Source of the DNA: Octopus sinensis
Taxonomy: Eukaryota
NCBI RefSeq assembly: GCF_006345805.1
Contig: NC_043013.1
Span: forward strand, 6,138,001 to 6,202,000
Reading direction: 5' to 3'
Length of the DNA stretch: 64,000 nucleotides
The stretch's first letter is position 1, and each line of letters begins with the position of its first letter. Positions 1 through 13,202 of this stretch are shown one piece after another. Both the position numbers and the translations under genes were made by a program. Under the pieces are notes generated by a model. It searched no databases and was not told where the DNA came from. It saw only the letters and a program-made list of their open reading frames with translations.

Positions 1-1394
1 ATTCTTTATTTGTCTTTAGATTGTCATGTTCAAGATTTCCGTCTTCAAAATTTCCTTTTTTCCTTTGTCATTCCCCTTTACACATAATTTTATTTGTGCT
101 GCTCAGATTTGGATTTTGTTGGTCAATAACCTGTAGATATCCTTTGGTTTTCTTTTGTTGTGTTGTCATTTACTCTTTACTATGCACATGTTATATCTAT
201 CTTCATGAGCTTCCTGTCTTTTGTTTGTTATTTTTTTATATATATATTCTTTATCTTTTAGGTATTCAGTTTCAATTTCCAATATTTTCTTTTTAGTTTT
301 CAGGAAGTATCTACTCAAGTTAGTAAGTCTGTTTGGGTCCAGAATTACTTTAGATCAGGGTTATTTTCTCTCTAAATCTTACACGAGACCATTGTCATAG
401 TTTCATTTACTTTTTAGAGTATGGCTATAAAGTGGCCTCATGTTCAATAGAAACATATTCCTCTCTTGTTCTCTTCTGTCTTTTTCTGATAGATTTAGGA
501 GGCAAGAACATCAAAGTCTCTCTCTCTATTCAGATTATTGTCATTCTCACCAGGTGTTGCTTTATTTGGTTTCAGTAATGTCAAGTTCTAGATGCTCCAT
601 TGTATACACACACACTCTGTATATCACATTCAACTTATGCTGCACTTCCCTTTTAAAATCGGGCTGAATGACATGGAGTCTATTTGTATTGTTTGTAATA
701 TTTTTTGTGTGTTTCTGTATTTGCTGAGGACTGAATCAGTTCCACGCTTTGTTTGTTTGTTTACACAAAAACCGAATCATTCTGACACTTCATTAGTTTG
801 TTTACACGTGGTGTCCAAAAGCCGGCCTGTCCAAACATTTGCAATATATTAATTATATGAGGTTAACAATCAATAAATTTCAAAGTAAATCGGTGTATTA
901 CTTATACATCTATCCCTCAGCATTTTCTCTGGCGCTTCTCTTCATTAGTTTATTTATATGTATACTAAATCAGTCTGGCACATCATTGGTTTGTTTACAA
1001 GAGGTATCCAAAACCCTACCACACAAGCATTTGTAATACATTAATTATATGAGGTAAAAATCAATAAATCTCAAAGTAAACCAATGTATTTACTTACAAC
1101 AGTCATCCTTCAGCCTATTCACCACTTTTCTAATGTTATATTAGTTAATTATTATTATTGTTGTTGTTGTTAAGGTGGAGAGCTGGCAGAATTGTTAGCA
1201 CATCCGGAAAATGCTTTACGGCATTTTGTCCGTCTTTAACATTCTGAGTTCAAATTCTGCCAAGGTCAACTTTTGCTTTTCATCCTTTTGGAATCGATAA
1301 ATTAAGTACCAGTTAAATACTGGGGTTGATGTGATTGACTTTTCCTCCCCCTAAATTTCAGGCCGTGTGCCTATAGTAGAAAGGATTATTTTAT

Positions 1395-1435
<41 letters not shown>

Positions 1436-1482
1436 TCATCATTATTATTATTACTATTATTATTATCATTATTATTATTATT

Positions 1483-1549
<67 letters not shown>

Positions 1550-4500
1550 TAAGGTGGTGAGCTGGCAGAATCATTAGCATGCTGGATAGAATGCTTAACA
1601 GCATTTCATCAATCTTCACGTTCTGAGTTCAAATGTCACTGGAGTTAACTCTGCCATTCATCCCTTTTGGAGGCAATAAAATAAGTACCAGTTGAACATT
1701 CGGGCCGATAATCGATTCAACCCCTCCCCTAAAATTGCTGGCCTTGTGCCAAAATTTGAAATCATCATCATTATCATCATTATTATTGCTGTTGCTGAGT
1801 ATTTTGTCCAGTGTGCTAATAATTCTGTCAGCTTGCTGCCTTGTGCCTTGCATCCGGATTAGAAGCCATTCTATTATCATCAGTTGAATTGTCTCGGCCT
1901 GGCCCCTAACCTTGTGTGGTTTAGTGCTTGTGTTAAAAGGGGACATTAAGAAGGGCAGCCAGCTGTAGAAACTTTGCCAGAGGAGACAATGGAAAGCAAG
2001 GCTCTCAGGCCAGTTGAATCCTTCTGAACCATCCAACCCGTGCTAGCATGAAACACAGGTGTTAAACGATCTTGATGATGATGATGATGAGGGTGATGGT
2101 GGTGGTTGTGATGAGGCTGGTGGTGGTGGTGGTAATGATGAGTGTCTGGCTGAAATGGTGGAGCAATAGTATTAAGTTACATTTTACATTTGAGTTCAAA
2201 TTCCACTGACATCAGCCTTGCTTTTCCTCCTCCTGGTGTGGAGCAAGAGTCGATAAGAATAAAGTACCAGTCACATACTAAGGTTGATATAATTGACTTA
2301 GTCATGTACTGAGGTTGATAGAAAAAGGGGAACAGTTTTGTGCTGAAGATAAAAATCGTTATTAAAGGGTTGGAGTGGTTCCTGATCAAGCATGCATTAT
2401 TATTAATGGCATTCCAGCCATGGCCATCCAAATTTATTCAAGGAAATCAAGGGTCATGTTAAGCATATCCTTTTACTTTGTTTTTAACAGTAAATTTTGA
2501 TTTGAGAGAGATTTGGCTGTTATTTTGAGCAGGTCAAGCAGCCACAGAGAAGTTTCTGCATCTGCTTAAAAGACAATGGTGGAATTGACAACAGGAGTTT
2601 TTTACCTCTTATAGTCAGGAGGGAAGGGTCGTATCTACCACCCATCAAAAGCCTTCCTAAATTGTAAGAGGAAGGGAAGGAGGTATTCTTAAGCTGGAAA
2701 CCTGCCCCAAATTATTATTATTCAGGTGGTGAGTTGGAAGAATGGTTAGCACATTTGAATGGAATTCTTAGGGGCATTTTTTCTTAGCTCTTTATGTTCC
2801 GTGTTCAAATTGTGCTAAGGGCCAGTAAAATGAAACACCAAAGTGTCAAGTACTGGGGTCAAAGTAATCACTTTCTCCCTCCCTTGAAAACTGCTAGCCT
2901 TGTGCTCAAATTAATCACTTCCCCTCTCCTCAAAACCGCTAGCCTTGTATCTAAATTAGAAACATGATGATGATGATTAGGATGAAGAGGGCAGTGGATG
3001 AGTGGAATCATGAGAACACTGGTTCTCAACCATTTTTTATTTCTGGCCCCTTCTCTGTAAAAAACCATGTCAAAACTGACCTCGCCTGTGCTTGAGCCAC
3101 ATAAAAAGCACTTAGGCCACTCTGCAGAGTGGTTGGTGTTAGGAAGGGCATCCAGCCATAAAATTCATGCCACAACAAACAAAGAGGTATGGCTCAGGTT
3201 CCTGCCATGCCGGACCCTTGTCAAACCATCCAACGCATGCCAGAATGGAAGGAGGATGTTAAACGATGATGGTGATGATGATGATGATGTGTATTTTTAG
3301 AATGACATTGTAGGGTAGGTGTGAGAGGCCAGATCTGTCTGGTCTGAACATAAAACAGATAAAATATTTGGGTCAGATATGGTCAGTTTAAATGCTAAAG
3401 GGTTAATGAAATAAGAATAAGTACCTGATAAATACATTTGTGTGTGTGTGTGTGTGTAAATTTAATCAAATATGTGGTCTTGTGTCTCCTCTGCCGGAAA
3501 GCTATTCCAGGCCCACGTCTTCTCTCATTTTCTTCCATGTGGCATATAGATGAACATAAGTGTGGCAGTCCGTTGATTCAGCTTGTTGCTTTTTAAATCT
3601 GGAACATTCTACTGGAATCTGACCAAAGTAAGCAATTTGGTTCCAGAGGAAGAAATTTAGTAGTGATGGTGGTGGTGATGGTGGTGGTGGTGGTGATGGT
3701 GGTGGTGGTGAAGATGATGATAATGATGATGGTGAGTGAATGGAGAGGAGGAAAAAGAAAATAAACAAATGACAAATAAATAAAGACCATGACAACAACA
3801 ACAGCAGCAACAATAACGGCTACAACAAACATTCTGACACTCCATTAACCTCTTCACTTATAGAAGAAGTGAAAAGTGGTTGATGTAGTTGCTAGTTATA
3901 GTGGTGATGGCGGTGGTGATGATGATGATGATGATGATGATGATGTTGATGATGATGATGTTGATGATGATGATGATGATAAAGAAGAAACACTTAGGTT
4001 TTGTAAAACAGCCAAGAAATAATTTCCATTCTGGACATCTTTGTTTTTTTTTCTTCCTCCATTTCTCTTTCTGTTTTCTCTTCCACTCTTTCCCATCTCT
4101 CTCTCTCTCTCTCTCTCTCCCTTCATTTCCTCTCTTTCTCTCTTTCTTCCTACCTCATGCTCTCTAACTTTTTTTACATCTCTCTCTCTCTCTCTTTTCA
4201 TCTCCCCCTCTCCTTATTTCACTCTGGACTCATCTCTCTCTCTCTCTCTCTTTCTTCTTATTTCATTCTCTTTCTCTTATTTCATTCTCTCTTTCTCTTT
4301 GTCATTCCCGCTCTCTCCTCATTTCATTCTTTCTCTCTCTTATTTCATTCTCTCTTTCCCATTATTTATGTCATCCCTCTCTCCTTATTTCATTCTCTCT
4401 CTCTATTCCATTCTGTATTCTCTTCTTATTTCATTCTCTCTCTCTTCTCATCTCATTCCCTCTCTCTTCTCATCTCATTCTTCTTCCTTCCCTCATTCCA

Positions 4501-5559
4501 TATCTGACACTTTTTCTCTTCTTCCCTATCGCTCTATCATCGTTTCAGGACAATCAAGTTCTGCTGTTGATGGCATCAACTATTGCCCCCTCCCCTCAAA
4601 ATCCCTGACCTTGTGCCAGAATCAGAAACCAGTATTAAGTCATATGCTTTACATTTTATAGTTGAATCCTACCAAACTCAATTTTGCATTTCATCCTTAA
4701 AATAAAATACCTGTTATGTACTTGGGTTGATACCATCGACTGTTCCTTTTTTTCACAATAAGGGGAGCAATCTTGTGCTTAAGGTAAACATCATTATTAT
4801 TGAAGGGCAGTAGTTGTTATTTAGCTCCAGGTCAACCTTGATTAAGTAGATGCTATAATCAAAGGCATTCCAGCCATGCCCAACTTATCTTTTTCCTATG
4901 TGCAGAGAAAGCAAGGTTTTATTATCCATGCCTTTTTTTTTTCAAAAGTAGACGACGATTTGAGTGAGATTTGGTTGTTATTTTTAGCAGGTCAAACAAC
5001 CACAAAGAAATTCCTACATTGACTTAAAGGGTGGTAGTGGGGTGGAAAGCCTTTTCTCTCTGCATCACCACTCTATACATTGATAGGCCATTAAAATAAA
5101 CACAACCGATTGTTCATTTATGAAATCAAATAAAGTTATGTAGAAAAATACTATTTACAGGTGTGACTGTGTGGAAAGAAGCTTGCTTCCCAACCACATG
5201 GCTCAAGGTTCAGTCCCACTTTGTGGCACTTCACACAAGTGTTTTCTACTATAGTCTTAGTCCAGCCAAAGCCTTTTGAATGGATTTGATAGACAGAAAC
5301 TGAAAAAAGCCTGTCATATATGTGTATTATATATATCTATGTGCGTGTATGTGTCTTTGTTTGTCCTTCACCACTGCTTGACAACCAGTGTTGGTGTGTT
5401 TACATCTCTGTAACCTAGGAGTTTCAGCAAAAACAAACTTATAGAATAAGTACCAGACTTTGAAAAAAGTAAGTACTAGGGTTGACACATTCGACTAAAA
5501 GCCCCAGAATGGCCACAGTCTAATGGCTGAAACTAGTAAAAGTCGAAAGATGACTGGTA

Positions 5560-5920
5560 ATTGTTGTCATGACAACAATGCTTTTCTCAACACGTGACAT
5601 ACCAGTTAAAACAATTGTCTGCACTTCTTACAAGGATGGTAAGCCAGAGATCATTCTTAGACAATCTCCAGTTCTTTTTATCATCGTTCCAAGTGCTCTT
5701 ACAACCACAGGCATTGTAACCACTTTGAGATGCCATATTTTTTTGATTTCAATGAGAAAATCTTAATATGTTTTGAGCTTGTCAAATTCTTTTGCCAAGA
5801 TATGATCACAAGGAATGCTCATGTCGATCAATAAGCAAGACTTTATAATGCTGGTTTCTTACAATAATATCTGATGTATTAGCTTTGATCAGTCTGTCTG
5901 TATGTAATGGACAGTCCCAA
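5560..5920 (-). mobile_element. 3' fragment of an R4/Dong-like (RLE) non-LTR retrotransposon
   Basis: Clearly similar to 37330-37680 (ttgagatgccatatttttgatttc vs ttgagatgccacatctttttgatttc). Degraded endonuclease C-terminus. Confidence 0.7.
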
Positions 5921-6165
5921 ATAATCATTACATTTTTTTTTTTTATTATCATCATTAATAAGGCGGCAAGATGGCAAAAATGTTAGCACACCAGGTGAAA
6001 TGCTTAGAGGTATTTCGTTTGTCTTTATGTTCTGAGTTCAAATTTTGCCAAGGTTGTTTTTGCCTTTCATCCATTCGGGGTCGATAAATTAAGTACTGAG
6101 GTTGATCTAATCGACTGGCTCCCACCCCAAAAAATTTCAGGTCTTGTGCCGAGAATAGAAAAGAC

Positions 6166-6215
<50 letters not shown>

Positions 6216-6915
6216 TATGTTTGACTTTTGCTTTATATTTGTACAAGTTGGCTCCAAGTCTCACTCAGAGACCTGAAGAGACAACAGGTTGGAAGTTCAC
6301 GTTGTTGTTATGCCTAGTGTGCCATATATTTGGGTTTTTTTTTGGTGTTGTACTAGTGAATGTCTAATAAATAAATTTAAAAAAAAAAAAAGTTTGTTTT
6401 AAACCTTGAGATTATTATTATTATTATCATCATCATCATCATCATTACTAAGGCAGTGAGCTGGCAGAATCATTAGCATGCCGGATGAAATGCTTAGCAG
6501 TATTTCACTGATCACTATGTTCTGAGTTCAAATTCCACCGAGGTCGACATTACTTTTCATCCTTTTGAGGTTGCTAAAATAAGTACCAGTGAAATACTGG
6601 GGTCAATGTAATCGACTTATTCCCTCTCCTAAAAATTGCTGCCCTTGTGGCAAAATTTGAAGCCATTATCATTATTATTATTATAATTAAGGTGGTGAGC
6701 TGGCAGAATCATTAGCAGACCAGGCAAAATGCTTAGCAGTATTTCGTCTGCCGCTAAGTTCTGAATTCAAATTCCACTGGGGTTAACTTTGCTTTACATC
6801 CTTTCGGGGTCAATAAATTAAGGACCAGCCAAGTACTGGGGTTGATGTGATTGACTTCCCCCACCCCAACTCTCAAAATTTCAAACCTTGTGCTTTTAGT
6901 AGAAAGGATTATTAA

Positions 6916-6970
<55 letters not shown>

Positions 6971-8366
6971 GCTCAAGGAGACCTATTGAGTCAAGTACAT
7001 CAACATCAAAATAAATATGAAATGGAAATTGTAGTTGTGATACCTGTGCCAGTGGCACATGAAAAGCACCAACCGAATGTGGCCGATGCCAGCGCCGCCT
7101 TGACTGGCTTCTGTGCCAGTGACACGTAAAAAGCACCAACTGATCGTGGCCACTGCCAACCTCCTCTGGCACCTGTGCCACTGGCACGTAAAAAGCACCC
7201 ACTACACTCATGGAGTGGTTGGCATTAGGAAGGGCATCCAGCTGTAGAAACACTGTCAGATCAGACTGGAGCCTGGTGCAGCCTCCTGGCTTCCCAGACC
7301 CCAGTTGAACCGTCCAACCCGTGCTAGCATGGAAAACAGGCATTAAACGATGATGATGATGATGATGATAATGAATGCAACATACAGTCCAGTTCAGGAA
7401 TCGAGCACACTACCTCATGATTGTGAACCCAATGCTCTAACCACTGAGTTACGTGTCTTCACATGAGGATTGCACCTAAAGGGTTCCCCTCCGAGACACA
7501 AGTCTGGGCAAGGTTGTTTATGGAAGACCAGCCTCTCCTCACCACTGATACTGTCCAAGGGAATGGCCAAGGCCAATACAGCTTGGCATTAGTGATGTCA
7601 CAGCTCATTTCTACAGCTGTGTGAACTGGAGTAACATGAAAGAGTGTCTTGCTCAAGAACACAATACACAGCCTGGCCTGGGAATCGAACTCATTACCTC
7701 ATGATTGTGAGCCTGATGCTCTAACCACTGAACCATGCACCTTCACAAACTCTTATAATATAACTGTTATCAAAGCACAACTGCTTTTTATATTTTTTTT
7801 TTCCTCTCCAGCCCTACGCTGCCTGACACCCTTAGTGACCCATCGATTCACAAGTCAACTGATGGGGTGGCAAGGAGGGGCGGTGTTGTTGTAATGTTTC
7901 TCCTCCCCTTCCCCATGCACCCCCAGCCTCGACCCCCCACCTCCCACCCCCACTCTTTCTATCTCTCTCTTTCTATAGAACACAAGAGCTTTATAACCAC
8001 AAGGAATTCCGTGACAACTAGTAATTTACTTTGAATGAAATGTATGGGGCGGGGGAGAATGTGTGGGGGGAAGATTGGGGGTGGAGAGAGGATGTGGAGG
8101 AGGGTAAGAAGGAAAAAAAAAACATTTGAAACTACAAGCAGTAAATAAATAAATAAATAATGGTATCTGATTTGAATCTTTTAAGTTCTTTTTCTGCTTT
8201 TAATTTCTAGAAGTTAAAATTCATTTTATTTTATTTTATTTTATTTTTATTTTATTTTGTGTTTTAAGTTTTGGTTATTATTATTTATTTTTTTTTATAA
8301 ATGTTGAAATTCTAATTTGAAGGCATCGGGCAATGTGCAACGTTGCTTAAAGTAAAAGATAGCAAT

Positions 8367-8398
<32 letters not shown>

Positions 8399-8587
8399 AC
8401 ACACATGCACACATATGTATGTATGTGGGTATACATTCATACATACACATATATACATACAAATATATATACATGTGTGTATATATATGTGTATGTGTGT
8501 ATATATATATATGTTTGTGTGTGTATATATATATATACACACTGTATATGTTTGTGTGTGTGTGTGTATATATACACACTATATGTT

Positions 8588-8621
<34 letters not shown>

Positions 8622-10586
8622 CTGTATATGTTATATATATATATGGGATGGATGGGTGGGTGAGTGCGTGTAGTGTAACAGAGAGAGAGGGAGAGAGAGA
8701 TAGTTGGCTATATAGGTTGATTTAGTGAAACATGGATTAGTGATAGGGACAGATAAAGACTGGGGGTGGGAGATTGTGAGAAGCAGAGAGCGAGAGAGAG
8801 AGAGAGAGAGGGGTGGGGTTAGAGGTGAAGAGAGTGTGCGCATGAGAGAGAGGGGTGGGGTTAGAGGTGAAGAGAGTGTGCGCATGAGAGAGAGAGAGAG
8901 AGAGAGATAGTCAGAGAAAGAGACAGTGATAGTGAAAGCAGGAGGGGCAGAAATATTTAGAAATGGTGAGGGAAAGCGAAAGAGATACCAGAGTGTGGAG
9001 AACAGCATCATTTAGTTGCTCCTTCTGGGTTTTTTTTTTTCAGTTGTTATTATGTGATTCGAGGGAGATTTGGTTGCTAGTTCTGGCAGGTCAAGTGATC
9101 ACCTATAGGCATCCTCATTAGCTCATTATTGCTCTATTTCTCTTGATGGTTGTGCTGTTCTTATTTTTTTTTGTTACTGTTGTTGTTGTTGTTGATGTTG
9201 CCGTTAATGAGGATTGAAGTGACTGACTTGCATTTGCACCAGAAATCAGACAGCATTTGGTATCCTCCTCCTCCTCCTCCTCCTCCTCATCATCATCATG
9301 GGTATCATCAATATCATAATCTCCATTGCCCTCATAACCATCTTTACTCACCTCTACATTGTTGTTGTTGTTATTATTGTTGTCAGTATCCTTCTCCTCC
9401 TTTTCATCGATGTCTTCCTCATCTTCCCCTTCCTCTTCATTGATGCTCTCCTCCTCCTCTTCGTTCTTACCATTCCTACTTCTCTTACGTCTTATGCTGT
9501 TATCATTTACGTCACGGTTGTTGGAGCCATTGTCGTTGCTGTTTTTGCTACTATTGCGACTACTGTTACCACTACCACCACCATGACCACTGCCACTGCC
9601 GTCACCACCACCACCACCACGTCATCATTATCACGACAAATTGTGCATAGACCCCATGTGGTTGAGAAGTTTGTTTTGCGACCAAATTGTTCAAGGTTTA
9701 ATGTAACTGTACAGTATAACGCTTTGTGAGTGGAATTTGATAGATGGAGACTGTGTGGAAGCCCATTATGTGTGTGTGTGTGTATATGTGTGTGTATGTG
9801 CGTGTGTTTTGGCAAAGCATAATCAATGTGTGAAACACAACAAATACCTTGTAGTGTTCATACTGCCCAAGTAGTACAGTTTCTCCATTGTCACTCACTC
9901 CTGACACTCAATGATAGAGTGAACCGTTGATTGGTCTATTGGAAGCCTTTAATGAGCCATTGTTCACAAAATGCATGGCAGGATTAAAATGAAAGAGAAA
10001 AATGGTAAATATGGCATAATGTCCAAGTTTATTGTCCTTTGGTACCTAAGTTCATATATGTAATCATTTTATATACATTCATTTTGAGGAAATTCAGATT
10101 TTCAAAGAAAACAAATAGAAACTTCATGATGACCATTTTCATCATCAGCATCATTATCATCATCTTCAGCATAATCTTCATTATTGTCAGCCTCTCTGTT
10201 ATTATCAATGTCATCATCATCATCATCTTCATCACTGTTGTTATCGTCATCTTCATCACCATTAGCATCATCTTCATCATAATCATTGCTATCATCATCA
10301 ACAATGTCATCGTCATTTCAATGCCTGCTTTTCCATGCTTGCATGGTGAGATGAGATTCGTTGAGACAGATTTTCTTTGGACGGATGGTCTTCTTATCAC
10401 TAACCTTCATCTCTTTCCAAGTAAAGTAATGTTTTCCCTTGGTCTGGACATGTTTCCATGAAAAATTACAAATGAATGACATTGTCTGTATGGCAGCAAA
10501 GTTTGTTTACAATTGATTGTGCAATATCAAGATAAGGAGACATATATACACACTCACACACACAAGTCAATTACACATGTATGCAT

Positions 10587-10846
10587 TGTTGTAACGTAAT
10601 TTGTTACATACAATAAATAAGATAACCAGACAACAGTAAAGACGATATAACGAACTAACAAATCTCTTTATGAACCAACAATCAATATTCCTAACCAACC
10701 GACACTTCTGACTTTACTGCGAACTAACACGAACTTCACTCGACTCCAAACTCCGAACTCTCGAACTCACTCGGATTGTTACTATTTATACTTTACCCGG
10801 ACTAGTCTATTTCTCGCAAGGGGGCGTTGTAACTCTCATCACAACA
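10587..10846 (-). mobile_element. Solo LTR (260 bp)
   Basis: Starts TGTTGT and ends ACAACA (6-bp inverted termini, TG..CA). Flanked by a 4-bp direct repeat GCAT (10583-10586 and 10847-10850). TATAAATA on the minus strand (about 10782-10789). CpG-rich relative to flanks. Confidence 0.7.
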
Positions 10847-11553
10847 GCATATAGAGGTTAAACCTTGTGAGTGGATTTGATAGCTGGAAACTGAAAGAAA
10901 CCTGTTGTAAATATCAACATCATCATCATCATCATTACATCTGTTTTCCATGCTGGGATGAGTTGGATGGTTTGACATTGTCACTGTCATACAAGGAGTG
11001 TTGTTCATTTCCACTCTTCCATGAAAATATGTCCAGCTCTAGAGAAATATTACTTTGCTTTGAAACAGGTGAGGGTTGGTGGATGGGAGAGCACCCAGTC
11101 GTGGAAAATCTGCTTCCATAATGTCTATCCAGCCCATACAAGCATGAATAAGTGGGCACCAAAATGATGAGGATGATGGAGATGATGATCACACACACAC
11201 ATAAGCAGAGGACAGGCTTCTTTTCAGTTTCCACACCTAATTTCAATAACTAGGCATCGGTCAATCTGCAGCTATAGAAGTCTCTTCCCCAAGATACCGT
11301 ATGATGGGACTGAACCTAAAACCACATGGTTGGGAATCCAACTACTTAGCCATACAACCATTCTGGCACCAGTTTGTCTGGATTCTCAGTTTCGCTTGAT
11401 TTAGTGTTACACTTTAATATTTATAAAGTTTTGTTACAGGTCGGCCAAAATGTCGATAAAAAATATGTCTTGTTTCTTAGACTAGCAGCTGAATCTTACT
11501 CTGTTGTCTGGACTTTTAATTAAATAAAACACACACACACGCACACACACACA

Positions 11554-11584
<31 letters not shown>

Positions 11585-11935
11585 CATATGCAAACATACA
11601 TGCATATACCACAAGCACACTCACACGAGCACACATGTGCAGATACATCTACATCAATATACAGACACACAATTTATGCTTACAGACAGACACACACACA
11701 TTCACACATGCCTATGCACATGTGCAAGCACATGCATACACCACGAACAACACTTCCAGCTATGTGTGCATGCATATGCACAGACATACACAAAATACAT
11801 GCACGCACACATACAAATAAATGTACATCCACACACCTCTTCGCACACAGACACAAAGCAGAAACAGACACACACATCCACATTCAAACATGCACATACG
11901 CACATATCTACATCTGCATTCGCACATACATCCAT

Positions 11936-11972
<37 letters not shown>

Positions 11973-12787
11973 CACTCTGACACAAGCTTATTTGTACACA
12001 CACACATATAAATACACACACACACATGTATATGCTACAAGCACACTCACACACACACTTGGATACACATTTCATACACACACTTAGATACACATCTCTC
12101 TCTCTCTCTCTCACAAACACACACTTGGATACACATCTCACACACACCACACACACATTTTGTTTTTACATTCTTCAGTCATTAACCCATGGTTATGCTA
12201 GAGCACACCCTTCAAGAATTTTTAGGCAAATGAGTCGACCCCAAATCATTTTTTTAAGAGCCTGGCACTTATTCTATTGATCTCTTTTTCTGAACCACTA
12301 AGTTATAGGGACATAAACCCACCAACACCGGTTGTCAAGCAGTGATGGGTGACAAACACAGACATAAAGACACATATACATACATCATCATCATCAGCGT
12401 TAACGCCTGCTTTCCATGCTGGCATGGGTTGGACAGTTTGACTGAGGACCGGTGAGCCAGGAGGCTGCACCAGGCTTAATCTGATCTGGTAAAGTTTCTA
12501 CAGCTGGATGCCCTTCCTAACGTCAACCACTCTGAGAGTGTAGTTGGTGCTTTTACGTGCCACCGGCACGAGGGCCAATCAGGCAGTTCTGGCAACGACC
12601 ATGCTCAAAAGGTGTTTTTTATGTGCTACCTGCATGGGAGCCAGTCTGGCGGCACTGGCAACGACCACGCTCGAATGTTGTTTTTCATGTGCCACTGGCA
12701 CATGTGCTGGTATGGCAACGCTAGCAACGATCAAGCTCGAATGGTGCGTTTTAGGGGCCACCAGCATGGGAGCCAATTCATGGCCCT

Positions 12788-12845
<58 letters not shown>

Positions 12846-12901
12846 ATATGTAGAAGGTTGAAGAGTAACCCATGAGTTGATATGCATAAGGAAAATATGA
12901 C

Positions 12902-13202
12902 AAGGTAGAAAATGCTAAAATAATTTTATCGTAAAGAACATTTTAGTACCGGTTTCTGACTTTTTGACTTGTTCAACTTAGAGTAAAGCATGAAAAGCAA
13001 TTAAATCGTGGAAAAATGAAATGAAATGCTTTTTAAAAATATTTCCATAGTTTTCAAATAGGTGGGATGTTTTCCTTTTTTCTGTCCGTTTGTCTCTCTT
13101 TTACTTTTTACAATTTAATGATTTTTCATGAAAAAGTCAGAAAGATTGAAACTGGTACAAAAATGCTCTTCATGATAAAATTATTTTAGCATTTTCTGCC
13201 TT
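12902..13202. repeat. Foldback or MITE-like element with ~55-bp arms
   Basis: aaggtagaaaatgctaaaataattttatcgtaaagaacattttagtaccggtttc is inverted at 13147-13202. Confidence 0.7.

Noticed and set aside
1-700. Non-microsatellite, strand-biased sequence that might be a LINE remnant
   Set aside because: No recognisable protein motif in any frame by eye.
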